A DNA stretch of 64,000 nt, from assembly GCA_045613905.1 (NCBI GenBank), contig JAZLBW010000039.1, positions 20,666 through 84,665 on the forward strand, given 5' to 3'. A program made the position numbers and the translations under genes. A model generated the notes under the pieces. The model saw only the letters and a program-made list of their open reading frames with translations, ran no database searches and was not told the origin of the DNA. Origin of the DNA: Candidatus Caccoplasma sp. (lineage in GTDB: Bacteria > Bacteroidota > Bacteroidia > Bacteroidales > G3-4614). Below, one piece after another: positions 1 to 8,804 of this stretch. Positions within the stretch are counted from its first letter, which is position 1; every line of letters begins with the position of its first letter.

Positions 1-278
1 TCGTCTTGCTCTTTTAGTGCCTCAATCGCCTCTTCAATACTTTTATAAACTGTAGCTCCGGGTATTTCTGTCACACTGCGAGACAACACTACATTCTCTC
101 TCCCCGGCAATGCTCCCGAGGGCAACGAACGAAACGTGTTGCTTCCCATTACTATTGTATGACCAAGAGTTAAGGCTTTAAAATATTTCAAATCGTTTGG
201 CAATCGCCAAATCAGATTGTTATCTCTACCTATTGCTCCGTCTTCTGCTACCGCTACTATTACCGATATTTTTGCCAT
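1..278 (-). CDS. folA: Dihydrofolate reductase, 3' end truncated by the window edge
   Basis: Absent from the ORF track because it runs off the window. Minus-strand translation from the ATG at 278-276 reads MAKISVIVAVAEDGAIGRDNNLIWRLPNDLKYFKALTLGHTIVMGSNTFRSLPSGALPGRENVVLSR..., a canonical DHFR N-terminus. It starts 13 nt after the thyA stop, the classic thyA-folA pairing. Confidence 0.85.
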   Translation of the reverse strand, partial: MAKISVIVAVAEDGAIGRDNNLIWRLPNDLKYFKALTLGHTIVMGSNTFRSLPSGALPGRENVVLSRSVTEIPGATVYKSIEEAIEALKEQD

Positions 279-291
279 TGATATTAATTTC

Positions 292-1086
292 TTATACCGA
301 AACTACTCCTTTTATGTGTGGATGTGGATCGTAGTCGGTTAGTTCAAAATCTTCAAATTTAAAATCAAAGATATCTTTTACATCGGGATTGATTTTCATT
401 TGAGGCAACGCTCTTGGCTCGCGAGTTAATTGCAACTGCACTTGTTCCATATGATTGTTATAGATATGTGCGTCTCCAAGTGTATGCACAAAATCGCCCT
501 CTTTCAACCCTGTTACTTGCGCCATCATTTTCAACAGCAACGCATACGATGCTATATTAAAGGGTACTCCCAAAAATATATCGGCACTGCGTTGATATAG
601 TTGCAACGACAGCTTTCCGTCTGCAACATAAAATTGAAAGAAACAGTGACATGGGGGCAAATTCATATTTCCCAAGTCTGCCACATTCCATGAGCTTACT
701 ATTATTCGGCGAGAATCCGGATTGTTTTTGATTGTATTAACGACCTCTGAAATTTGGTCGATATGACCTCCGTTATAATCGGGCCAAGAACGCCATTGAT
801 AGCCGTAGATATGTCCAAGGTTCCCGTCAGGATCTGCCCACTCGTTCCAAATTCGAACTCCGTTATCTTGCAAATATTTCGCATTGGTATCTCCCTTTAA
901 AAACCACAGCAACTCATATATGATTGATTTCAAGTGAAGTTTTTTGGTAGTCAACAAAGGAAATCCATCTTCCATTTTAAAGCGCATCTGATGTCCAAAC
1001 ACCGATGTTGTTCCTGTTCCTGTGCGGTCTGTTTTTACCACTCCCTCATCAAGAACTCGTTGTAATAATTCTAAATATTGTTTCAT
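292..1086 (-). CDS. thyA: Thymidylate synthase
   Basis: 264 aa. [36 protein letters not shown] and [11 protein letters not shown] are hallmark ThyA motifs. Confidence 0.97.
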   Translation of the reverse strand: MKQYLELLQRVLDEGVVKTDRTGTGTTSVFGHQMRFKMEDGFPLLTTKKLHLKSIIYELLWFLKGDTNAKYLQDNGVRIWNEWADPDGNLGHIYGYQWRSWPDYNGGHIDQISEVVNTIKNNPDSRRIIVSSWNVADLGNMNLPPCHCFFQFYVADGKLSLQLYQRSADIFLGVPFNIASYALLLKMMAQVTGLKEGDFVHTLGDAHIYNNHMEQVQLQLTREPRALPQMKINPDVKDIFDFKFEDFELTDYDPHPHIKGVVSV

Positions 1087-1099
1087 CTTTATTAATGTC

Positions 1100-1182
1100 G
1101 TGGCTACGCCACAATTAGAAATTAGAAATTAGGAATTAGGAATTAAATTTCATTTTTCATTCATAATTACTCATTCCTAATT
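1100..1182. repeat. Intergenic modular repeat, copy A (GC hairpin plus AATTAGR heptamer array plus inverted arm)
   Basis: GTGGC-TAC-GCCAC hairpin at 1100-1112. Heptamer array aattaga aattaga aattagg aattagg aatt at 1113-1144. Inverted attcctaatt at 1173-1182. Related to the copies at 18201, 27988 and 55812. Confidence 0.7.
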
Positions 1183-1186
1183 GGAT

Positions 1187-2119
1187 TTACATTCCTGTTC
1201 GGTATTTACCGCCTGTTATATCATCCAATATACTCAAGTAGGATGCATAACGCGATTGACTTATTGTTTGTTCCTCCAATGCTTTTAACACTGCACATCC
1301 CGGCTCGTTACGATGCGTACAATTATTGAATCGACAATTTGCCGAAGTTGCAAATATTTCGGGGAAATAGTGAGAAACCTCTGCCTCTTTGAAATCTATT
1401 GTCCCAAATCCTTTTATGCCCGGAGTGTCTATTACGGCTCCGGTTGTTGGCAAATCGAACATCTCTGAGAATGTTGTTGTGTGCATTCCTGTGCCATGCG
1501 AAGATGAAATATCTCCTGTTCGCAAATTGGCATTGGGAATTATAGCATTTATAAGGCTCGATTTTCCTACTCCTGAGTTACCCGAAAGAAGTGTGGTTTT
1601 TCCTTCCAACTCTCCTCGAAGTTCGTCAACACCCTCGCCTGTTATTGCCGACACCTTTATACATCTATACCCTATTGTTTGGTACAAATTTATAACGGCA
1701 TCCAACAACTCCCGCTCCTCTTCGTCGTATAAATCTATTTTATTAAAAACAAGAATTGCAGGTACTCTGTATGCCTCTGCTGTTGCCAAAAAGCGGTCGA
1801 TAAAGACCAAGTTTGTTTGAGGGTGAGCTATTGTTACAACCAATAGGGTTTGCGAGAGATTGCTTGCCAAGATATGCGACTCCTTTGATAGGTTTGATGC
1901 TCTGCGTATTATATAATTTTCACGTTCTTCAATCTTTGTGATATACGCCACATCATTACCAACTTCGTCAACTTCAACAAAGTCTCCAACTGCCACTGGA
2001 TTTGTTGTACGTATCCCTTTCAAACGAAAGTTCCCTTTTACTTTACATAAAAGGGTTTTTCCGTTATCGAGACGTACCCAATAACCACTTCCGGTATTTT
2101 TAGTCACTAATCCTCTCAA
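1187..2119 (-). CDS. rsgA: Ribosome small-subunit-dependent GTPase A
   Basis: 310 aa. Circularly permuted GTPase motifs (NKIDL ... [12 protein letters not shown] ... DTPG) and a C-terminal Cys cluster ([16 protein letters not shown]). Confidence 0.9.
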   Translation of the reverse strand: MRGLVTKNTGSGYWVRLDNGKTLLCKVKGNFRLKGIRTTNPVAVGDFVEVDEVGNDVAYITKIEERENYIIRRASNLSKESHILASNLSQTLLVVTIAHPQTNLVFIDRFLATAEAYRVPAILVFNKIDLYDEEERELLDAVINLYQTIGYRCIKVSAITGEGVDELRGELEGKTTLLSGNSGVGKSSLINAIIPNANLRTGDISSSHGTGMHTTTFSEMFDLPTTGAVIDTPGIKGFGTIDFKEAEVSHYFPEIFATSANCRFNNCTHRNEPGCAVLKALEEQTISQSRYASYLSILDDITGGKYRTGM

Positions 2120-2133
2120 CTGCCTGCGAATGA

Positions 2134-2697
2134 TTATACAGTCAAAATTTCTTTCTCCTTCTCGGCAAATAGCTCATCTACTCGTTTAATGTATTTGTCG
2201 TGAAGTTTTTGTACACTGTCCTCTCCGTCTTTTGCCATATCCTCGGGCATTCCCTCATTTTTTTGTGCTTTTTTGAATGCTTCTATTGCCTCGCGACGTG
2301 CATTACGAATTGCAACTTTTGCATTCTCTGCTTCACCTTTTGAACGTTTTACAAGGTCACGACGACGATCCTCTGTGATTGGAGGGATTCCTAAGCGGAT
2401 ATGCTCTCCGTTGTTTTCTGGAGTGATACCTACCGATGAGTTTTGTATTGCTTTTTCAATTTCGCGAAGCATGCTCTTTTCCCATGGTTGTATCATAATT
2501 GTTTTTGCATCGGGAACCACGATTGTTGCAACTTGTGAAACGGGTACCGATGAGCCATAATAATCCACTCTTACAGGATCCAACAAACGTGCTGATGCTT
2601 TTCCTGCACGAATTGTAGCCAAAGCCTCATCCAAAAAGGCAATGCTCATCTCCATTTTATCACTTGCTGCATCTAATATTGTTTTTACTTCTGCCAT
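2134..2697 (-). CDS. frr: Ribosome recycling factor
   Basis: 187 aa, typical RRF length and sequence ([31 protein letters not shown]). Sits next to pyrH as in most bacteria. Confidence 0.95.
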   Translation of the reverse strand: MAEVKTILDAASDKMEMSIAFLDEALATIRAGKASARLLDPVRVDYYGSSVPVSQVATIVVPDAKTIMIQPWEKSMLREIEKAIQNSSVGITPENNGEHIRLGIPPITEDRRRDLVKRSKGEAENAKVAIRNARREAIEAFKKAQKNEGMPEDMAKDGEDSVQKLHDKYIKRVDELFAEKEKEILTV

Positions 2698-2722
2698 AAT
2701 ATTATCTGTTTTAATATGTTTC

Positions 2723-3439
2723 TTATTCTTGATATACCAATGTTCCTATATTCTCACCTGAAAGAACTTTTTTCAGATTACCTGCTGTATCCATATCGAA
2801 TACGATTATAGGCAATTTATTCTCCTTGCAAAGTGTTGTTGCAGTCAAGTCCATTACTCGGAGATTGCGATTGTAAATTTCGTCGTATGTGATGCTGTCG
2901 AATTTCACTGCATTTGGATCTTTCTCAGGATCCGCAGTATAGATTCCGTCCACTCGAGTTCCTTTTAACATTACATCTGCCTCTATCTCTACTCCGCGAA
3001 GTGCAGAAGCTGTGTCGGTTGTAAAGTATGGGTTACCTGTCCCTCCTGCCATAATTGCAATTTTTCCTGCTTTTAAAGCATCAATTACCCTGCTCTTTCC
3101 GTAAGGTTCTCCAATGGGGAACATTCCCACTGCTGTAAATACTGCCGCAGGTTGACCTGCTGTTTCCAATGCCGATTGCAATGCAAGACTGTTTATTACG
3201 GTTGCCAACATTCCCATTTGGTCTCCGCGAACTCTGTCAAATCCTTTTGATGCTCCGCTCAAACCTCTGAAAATGTTTCCTCCTCCTATTACTATACCTA
3301 TTTCAATGCCCATATCTGCAACCTCTTTTATCTGTTGTGCATATGCGGCAAGGTGTTTTTCGTCAATACCGTAGCCTTTTTCTCCCATTAGCGATTCGCC
3401 ACTGAGTTTAAGCAATACTCTTTTATACTTCACTTCCAT
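2723..3439 (-). CDS. pyrH: UMP kinase
   Basis: 238 aa. [12 protein letters not shown] and GGGNIFRG motifs of the amino-acid-kinase-fold UMP kinase. Confidence 0.95.
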   Translation of the reverse strand: MEVKYKRVLLKLSGESLMGEKGYGIDEKHLAAYAQQIKEVADMGIEIGIVIGGGNIFRGLSGASKGFDRVRGDQMGMLATVINSLALQSALETAGQPAAVFTAVGMFPIGEPYGKSRVIDALKAGKIAIMAGGTGNPYFTTDTASALRGVEIEADVMLKGTRVDGIYTADPEKDPNAVKFDSITYDEIYNRNLRVMDLTATTLCKENKLPIIVFDMDTAGNLKKVLSGENIGTLVYQE

Positions 3440-3461
3440 AATAGTTATTTTTTTCTCTGTT

Positions 3462-3469
3462 CAAAATTA
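3462..3469 (-). promoter_or_regulatory. Candidate Bacteroides-type -7 box (TAATTTTG) for pyrH-frr
   Basis: The minus strand reads TAATTTTG 22 nt upstream of the pyrH ATG, matching the TAnnTTTG consensus of the Bacteroides primary sigma factor. Confidence 0.4.
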
Positions 3470-3574
3470 TAAATTTTGTATGAACTTTCATACGTTTTCG
3501 CAATTTATTTTTTTATCATTCTATCAATTACAATTTTCTTTATTAATTTAGATGCTGAATTTCAAATTTAAGTT

Positions 3575-4429
3575 ATGACAAAAAGTTTTTTCATAGGTCT
3601 GATTGTTTTCTTTTTCCTATCGGCTTTCAATATAAATGCCAACGATAAAATTCGCAATAAAGCGAATGAGCATTTTTCTAAAAAAGAGTGGAAAGAGGCT
3701 TCTGAGATATACAATGTTCTTATCAATAGCGAAAAGGGTAATATTTCGCTTTATGCCCCATCTATTGTTTCGGCAGGCAAGTGCGATAACTACAATCGTG
3801 TTATGGATTATATCACCTTTTCTGAAAAATGTGGTATCCCCTTAGACTCTGTTTTTAAGCGAACACTAACCCTCTCATTAAAGACACGAAGTACCGAGGT
3901 ATATGAAAATATGCTACTAACCATAAAAGAGAAACAACCTTGGCTTAAGAATTTTATCAACGGCTATCTTTTGGATTTTTACAACAATCGTAAAAACAGA
4001 CAAAAGACCATAGATATTGCCAACATCATAATAGAGACCAAACCTAAAAACATTACAGATATATTGCTTATAAAAGCCAAAGCCCTAAACGACATGGGCG
4101 AGATTAATTCTGCCATTGTTGTAATGGAAGAGGTTTTAGATATAGACTCCAACAACATTGATGCTCGTCTGTTTTTAGGCAACTACTATTTTTCATCGGC
4201 AAAACAAAGCATCAAAGATGGTAACTTTACAGTAAAAATTCCTTCTAAAAAAAGGAAAGGGGAAAAAGGTCCTAAATATGTCAATACCGATATATATTCT
4301 GCATTTAAAAGAGCTAAAGCATATTTGGATGTAGAATTTATTACAAACAAACGTCCGTATGTAAAAAATATAATCAGAGAGATTGAGGCTATGATAAAAG
4401 CCTTTGAAGAGCCTATAACAGATATTTAG
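3575..4429 (+). CDS. Secreted hypothetical protein, TPR-like helical repeats
   Basis: 284 aa. N-terminal signal-like segment (FFIGLIVFFFLSAFNINA). Helical repeat character (AKALNDMGEINSAIVVMEEVLDIDSNNIDARLFLGNYYF). No recognisable catalytic motif. Confidence 0.5.
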   Translation: MTKSFFIGLIVFFFLSAFNINANDKIRNKANEHFSKKEWKEASEIYNVLINSEKGNISLYAPSIVSAGKCDNYNRVMDYITFSEKCGIPLDSVFKRTLTLSLKTRSTEVYENMLLTIKEKQPWLKNFINGYLLDFYNNRKNRQKTIDIANIIIETKPKNITDILLIKAKALNDMGEINSAIVVMEEVLDIDSNNIDARLFLGNYYFSSAKQSIKDGNFTVKIPSKKRKGEKGPKYVNTDIYSAFKRAKAYLDVEFITNKRPYVKNIIREIEAMIKAFEEPITDI

Positions 4430-4440
4430 GAGCTGAGTCT

Positions 4441-5196
4441 CTATATTACAAACTCCACCTCTTTAAAAGCATATATATGAACTGTGCCATCTGCATGTTT
4501 AAGCTGTAAACATCCGTTTGGTTCAACACCAATTATGGCAGCCTCAAATATATCTCCTACTGTAGATGATTCATGCGAAGGAATTCTAAATTGAGCAGGA
4601 GTATTTAATCGGTATAACATATTATGATATAATGTGTTTATATCTTCTGCTCTTCCGTTAAAGTAGTTATTATATTGCTTCCCTATCTCATCCACCACTT
4701 CACATAACATATCATTGGTATTATAACGACTTCCTGTTATAAGAGCAAGTGATGTTGGATTGGGTATTGATGAGGAAAAGGATGTTTGATTAATGTTTAT
4801 TCCCGCCCCAACTATTGCAGTGCTGAGATTGGCACCCATTATTGAGTTTTCTATAAGTATGCCACAAATCTTTTTATCTCCACAATATATATCGTTAGGC
4901 CACTTTATTGCAATACTATCGACATAACCACTCAACCATTTAGCTATTGCCACAGAGACTATTCTTGATATAGCGAATGCTTCTGATGCCTTTAACTGTT
5001 CGGGACGTAAAAGCAATGAGAACAGTAGATTTGCTCCTTGCTCCGACTCCCAAACATTCTCTCTCTGTCCTCTGCCAGAAGTTTGATAATCGGCGCTCAC
5101 AACCATTAGGTGTGGCAACGCATTTTCAGACAACAACATCTCCTTTATCAGAGTGTTGGTTGAAGAAGTTTGATTATAGTGGATATGATTTTTCAT
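4441..5196 (-). CDS. birA: Biotin--[acetyl-CoA-carboxylase] ligase, group I without a DNA-binding domain
   Basis: 251 aa. The GRGQRENVWES motif matches the BirA GRGRxGR-like biotin-binding loop, followed by KWPNDIY. Confidence 0.85.
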   Translation of the reverse strand: MKNHIHYNQTSSTNTLIKEMLLSENALPHLMVVSADYQTSGRGQRENVWESEQGANLLFSLLLRPEQLKASEAFAISRIVSVAIAKWLSGYVDSIAIKWPNDIYCGDKKICGILIENSIMGANLSTAIVGAGININQTSFSSSIPNPTSLALITGSRYNTNDMLCEVVDEIGKQYNNYFNGRAEDINTLYHNMLYRLNTPAQFRIPSHESSTVGDIFEAAIIGVEPNGCLQLKHADGTVHIYAFKEVEFVI

Positions 5197-5573
5197 CTTG
5201 TGCGAAGGTCGGGCATAAATGCATCAACTATATGGTCTATTTCATAGCTTTGGCTATCAACATCATCAAGTATTACAGAGACCACATCGAACCTAACATC
5301 AAGGTGATGCGGTTGCAATTCGAGATAATGGTTGGCTGCATCCACCGTACGTTTTATCTTTTGGGGTGTTATAAAATCTTCAGGATTTCCAAAATCTGTT
5401 TTTGAACGTGTTTTAACCTCAACAATGACCAACTCCATTCCATCTTGAGCTACTATATCAAGTTCGTATTTACCGGAGTTCCAATTCTCATCGCATATGG
5501 CATAACCTTTTGAAGCAAGATACTCTCTCGCCAACTCCTCTCCTCTCTTTCCAAGATTATTATGCTTTGCCAT
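5193..5573 (-). CDS. yraN: YraN-family (UPF0102) endonuclease-like protein
   Basis: 126 aa. GKRGEELAREYLASKGYAI ... ELDIVA ... VIVEVKTR, the typical YraN pattern. Overlaps the birA start by 4 nt. Confidence 0.85.
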   Translation of the reverse strand: MAKHNNLGKRGEELAREYLASKGYAICDENWNSGKYELDIVAQDGMELVIVEVKTRSKTDFGNPEDFITPQKIKRTVDAANHYLELQPHHLDVRFDVVSVILDDVDSQSYEIDHIVDAFMPDLRTR

Positions 5574-5610
5574 TATTTTCGAATGAGTTTTTTACAGAGT
5601 TATTTTCTCA

Positions 5611-6522
5611 TTAAAATTTTATCCTCAACCCTTCGTTTGCCAAACGAGTATTAAGGAACTCTTGTTTTGCCTCGTCAAGCAAAACAGTTTCGTCTTTATA
5701 TCTCGAAGAGAAATGACCGAGAAGCAACTCTCCAACCTCTGCCTCTTTAGCTATGGTTGCAGCTTGCAAGGCAGTGGCATGGTAACGCTTCTTAGCTATC
5801 TTCTCCATTTCGTTAAGGTATGTTGCTTCGTGATATAAAAGAGTTACTCCTTTTACATAAGGAACTATAGTGCGTGAAAATTTTGTATCGGAACAATATG
5901 CATAACTTGCTGATGGTGTGGGAGGAGATACCAATTCGGAGTTAGGTATAACCTCGCCATCGGGAGTTATGTAATCTGCACCCTCTTTTATATATGGTAA
6001 TTCACGAAGAGGTATATTATAGCGATCGACTCGCTCTTTTATTATATGAGGAGGTTTGTTTATCTCCTCAAATCTGAAACCAAATGTTGGAACACGATGT
6101 TTTAGGGGAAATGATGTCACCTTAAGTGTTCCATCATTATATATTTCGGATGCCTTTGGAGGTAATGGTTCTATTCTAATATTAAGTGTTTCTCCCCCAC
6201 AATAATAATCTATTTGTGGGCGAAGCAATGGTTCTAAATCGGCTGGTGCATGCACAACAATCTCTCCTGTTCGTTGATGCAACTCCAAGGTAGAGATAAA
6301 GCCTATTAGTCCGAAACAGTGATCGCCATGAAGATGCGATATAAATATGTGACCCAATCTGTTATGATTTAAGCCATAGCGATAAAATTGCTGTTGAGTT
6401 CCCTCGCCACAATCTATCATAAAGAGTTTGCCCCTATACGAAAGAACTTGGGATGAGGGGTGATGTTTGGGGGTAGGTTTTGCTGAACTACACCCCAATA
6501 TGGTCAATTCAAACTCGTTCAT
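5611..6522 (-). CDS. rnz: Ribonuclease Z
   Basis: 303 aa. Metallo-beta-lactamase motif HLHGDHCFGL and the TILGCSSAKP N-terminus. Confidence 0.9.
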   Translation of the reverse strand: MNEFELTILGCSSAKPTPKHHPSSQVLSYRGKLFMIDCGEGTQQQFYRYGLNHNRLGHIFISHLHGDHCFGLIGFISTLELHQRTGEIVVHAPADLEPLLRPQIDYYCGGETLNIRIEPLPPKASEIYNDGTLKVTSFPLKHRVPTFGFRFEEINKPPHIIKERVDRYNIPLRELPYIKEGADYITPDGEVIPNSELVSPPTPSASYAYCSDTKFSRTIVPYVKGVTLLYHEATYLNEMEKIAKKRYHATALQAATIAKEAEVGELLLGHFSSRYKDETVLLDEAKQEFLNTRLANEGLRIKF

Positions 6523-6557
6523 TGATTTAATGTTTCTATGATCATTTAGACATCAGC

Positions 6558-6612
6558 CAACTAACAACTAACAACTAACAACTAACAACTAACAACTAAC
6601 AACTAACAACTA
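6558..6612. repeat. Tandem heptamer array (CAACTAA on plus, TTGTTAG on minus), about 7.7 copies
   Basis: Direct read: caactaa repeated perfectly from 6558 to 6606, plus the partial unit caactac. The array begins at the TAG stop (6612-6610) of the 90-aa ORF and ends 36 nt upstream of the rnz ATG. Confidence 0.9.
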
Positions 6613-6882
6613 CCTTCCCGTAGCTCTTTTTAGCTCTTTATAGAAAGCTTGTTCATCGGGCGAGAGTTGTGAGATCAGTTCCTCCTCATACTCCTCTAAA
6701 TCCTCTTGCTCCTCTACTTGTGAGATTATTGATGTGCCTATATCGTGCATATCTTTTATACTCTTGGCAGTTAGCAATTTACTCGCTGTTTGGATACCAT
6801 ATGTTCCTCCATGAAGTATCATACTCATAAGTATAGCCATTTCGGGCTTTATCTCAAATGATACTATTACTTTCTTGCTCAT
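6610..6882 (-). CDS. Small hypothetical protein with an acidic C-terminal half
   Basis: 90 aa (…QVEEQEDLEEYEEELISQLSPDEQAFYKELKR). Its start lies 1 nt after the tadA stop, suggesting translational coupling. No family recognised. Confidence 0.5.
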   Translation of the reverse strand: MSKKVIVSFEIKPEMAILMSMILHGGTYGIQTASKLLTAKSIKDMHDIGTSIISQVEEQEDLEEYEEELISQLSPDEQAFYKELKRATGR

Positions 6883-6883
6883 C

Positions 6884-7321
6884 TTATCTCTTGTTTTTAA
6901 AAAATTCTTGTATTATTTGGGCGCATTTCTCAGCCATCACACCTTTTGTCACCTCTGTCTTTGGATGTAAGGCATCGGGAGCATAACGAGAGAATCCTCT
7001 CTTTAAATCGTCAGCACCCCATACCAAGCGTCCCAACTGCGCCCAACCTATTGCTCCTGCACACATTATACATGGCTCTAAGGTCACATACATTGTACAA
7101 TTATTAAGATATTTTCCTCCCAACTGATTGGTTGCAGATGTTATTGCTTGCATCTCTGCATGTGCTGTTACATCATTAAGCATTTCAGTAAGGTTATGCG
7201 AACGCGCTATTACAACTCCGTTACACACAATCACTGCGCCAACAGGAATCTCGTCCTCATCAAATGCAACTTCCGCTTCGCGGTATGCCATTTGCATATA
7301 TTTCTCGTCATCAGCATTCAT
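6884..7321 (-). CDS. tadA: tRNA adenosine(34) deaminase
   Basis: 145 aa. CDA-fold zinc motifs HAEMQAI and PCIMCAGAI; TadA-typical length. Confidence 0.9.
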   Translation of the reverse strand: MNADDEKYMQMAYREAEVAFDEDEIPVGAVIVCNGVVIARSHNLTEMLNDVTAHAEMQAITSATNQLGGKYLNNCTMYVTLEPCIMCAGAIGWAQLGRLVWGADDLKRGFSRYAPDALHPKTEVTKGVMAEKCAQIIQEFFKNKR

Positions 7322-7327
7322 CCCTGC

Positions 7328-8035
7328 TTAGTCTTCAAGAAAATAAGTTACACTTGTAACAACTCTCACCTCTTTTATTTGAGGAGTATTGTTATCTCTG
7401 TCGTTTATTGTGAATTGTCCTTGATTTGCAGTTTTTATCTTACCTAACTTACTTTGCGAATCGGCAGCAAATTTCTCAGCTGTTGTTCTTGCATTTATTG
7501 TTGCCTCTTCTATCATTTGAGGCTTTATATCATTAAGCCCCGTAAATGTGAATGTAGGGTTATATTCGTAACCTCCCACAATTATGGCCACTCCTTTTTT
7601 TATAAGGTCCGCCTGTTTAACCATAAGCTCTGTCACCAAGTCAACTTTGTTTGAGGTTACTGTTATTATTGACGTTACATTATATCGATATGTATAGTTT
7701 TGATTTCCATATCTCTCTGCCTGCAAGTCAACAATTTCCGGAGCTGCAATTATAATCTCGCTATCCTCTATTCCATTCTCTTTTAAGAATGAAATTATAA
7801 TATTATTCTTTGCATTTAAGGTATTATACAGCTCTGTTAAATTATTGCCTATCTCTTTATAGGTAATTGGCCATATAACTTTATCTGCAGCCACCTCTCG
7901 TACTGACAAACCTTTTACATTAACAACTCGAGACATTTCGGTTGTTCTTATTATTGAATTTGCGATTGATAAGCCTCCAAAAAATATTCCTACAGCTAAT
8001 AAAGCTCCTGCCATTGGCAACTTGTATTTTTCCAT
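7328..8035 (-). CDS. SIMPL (DUF541) domain periplasmic protein
   Basis: 235 aa. N-terminal TM/signal segment (LPMAGALLAVGIFFGGLSIA). The remainder resembles the SIMPL / 26-kDa periplasmic immunogenic protein family. Confidence 0.7.
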   Translation of the reverse strand: MEKYKLPMAGALLAVGIFFGGLSIANSIIRTTEMSRVVNVKGLSVREVAADKVIWPITYKEIGNNLTELYNTLNAKNNIIISFLKENGIEDSEIIIAAPEIVDLQAERYGNQNYTYRYNVTSIITVTSNKVDLVTELMVKQADLIKKGVAIIVGGYEYNPTFTFTGLNDIKPQMIEEATINARTTAEKFAADSQSKLGKIKTANQGQFTINDRDNNTPQIKEVRVVTSVTYFLED

Positions 8036-8060
8036 AACGTTTTTTTATCTATTAGAATAG

Positions 8061-8093
8061 CAAAGGTATAAAAATATTACTTATCTTAGCAAA
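8061..8093 (-). promoter_or_regulatory. Candidate promoter for the SIMPL gene: -33 TTTG, 21-nt spacer, -7 TACCTTTG
   Basis: The minus strand reads TTTG (8093-8090), then 21 nt, then TACCTTTG (8068-8061), 25 nt upstream of the ATG at 8035. Confidence 0.45.
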
Positions 8094-8160
8094 CGAAACA
8101 AAGTTATTATGCGTTTCTCGGAGATATTAATGTTGAATATTATTCTTTAATACTATTTTT

Positions 8161-8682
8161 ATGCTAAACAAAAGATTACAAGATGCGTTAAACGCTCAGA
8201 TTAATGCTGAATTTTGGTCGGCTTACCTATATTTATCGATGTCGGTTGATGCTTCAGCAAAAGGCTACAAAGGTATTGCAAATTGGTTTGCCGTTCAGTT
8301 TAAAGAAGAACAGGCTCATGCTCAAATCTTTATTAATTATGTTCTTGCTCGTGGCGGTAAGGTTGAACTTGCGCCAATACCCGAGGTTAAAACAAGTTGG
8401 GAGACTCCTCTTGAAGCGTTTGAGGATACCATTGTTCACGAACGTAAGGTTACTTCTCTTATAAACGAACTTTGCCATATTGCTGCCGAAGAAAAAGATT
8501 TTGCAACTTCTAATATGCTTGTTTGGTTTGTTGACGAGCAAGTTGAGGAAGAGGAGAATGTTCAAGAACAAATTGATGCCATACGTGCTGTCGATGGTAA
8601 TAAATTTGGTTTGTATATGATTGATAAAGACCTTGCTACTCGTACTTTCGTTACTCCATCTCCTTTGGCTGGTAAGGAATAG
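8161..8682 (+). CDS. ftnA: Non-heme ferritin
   Basis: 173 aa. Ferritin-like di-iron residues in context (LNAQINAEFWSAYLYLSMS ... FKEEQAHAQIF). Confidence 0.9.
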   Translation: MLNKRLQDALNAQINAEFWSAYLYLSMSVDASAKGYKGIANWFAVQFKEEQAHAQIFINYVLARGGKVELAPIPEVKTSWETPLEAFEDTIVHERKVTSLINELCHIAAEEKDFATSNMLVWFVDEQVEEEENVQEQIDAIRAVDGNKFGLYMIDKDLATRTFVTPSPLAGKE

Positions 8683-8753
8683 TTCATTATTAACATGAAA
8701 TGAGTTTATGAAATATCCCAAATATCTGATTATCACATAAACTATTTATCAAC

Positions 8754-8783
8754 AAATAAGGCTGCCAAAAGGCAGCCTTATTT
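8754..8783. terminator. Bidirectional rho-independent terminator between ftnA and tkt
   Basis: aaataAGGCTGCCaaaaGGCAGCCTtattt: a 9-bp GC-rich stem flanked by an A-run and a T-run, between convergent genes. Confidence 0.7.
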
Positions 8784-8804
8784 GTTAATTATGCATTGTT
8801 GGAA

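Noticed and set aside
1389-1820. Long antisense ORFs inside strong genes: 1389-1820, 4977-5405, 8254-8736, 13602-14033, 21420-21941, 22529-23014, 34968-35727, 46850-47296 and 60725-61147.
   Set aside because: Each lies wholly within, and opposite to, a gene with clear family motifs. The translations have no recognisable domains. I treat them as shadow ORFs.
3440-3574. A plus-strand promoter for the TPR-like gene in the pyrH divergent region.
   Set aside because: I could not find a clean TAnnTTTG match in the right position on the plus strand, so no promoter is called.
6558-6612. The heptamer arrays as a CRISPR-like or other spaced-repeat locus.
   Set aside because: The period is 7 bp with no spacers and no cas genes in the window. 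These are simple tandem repeats.
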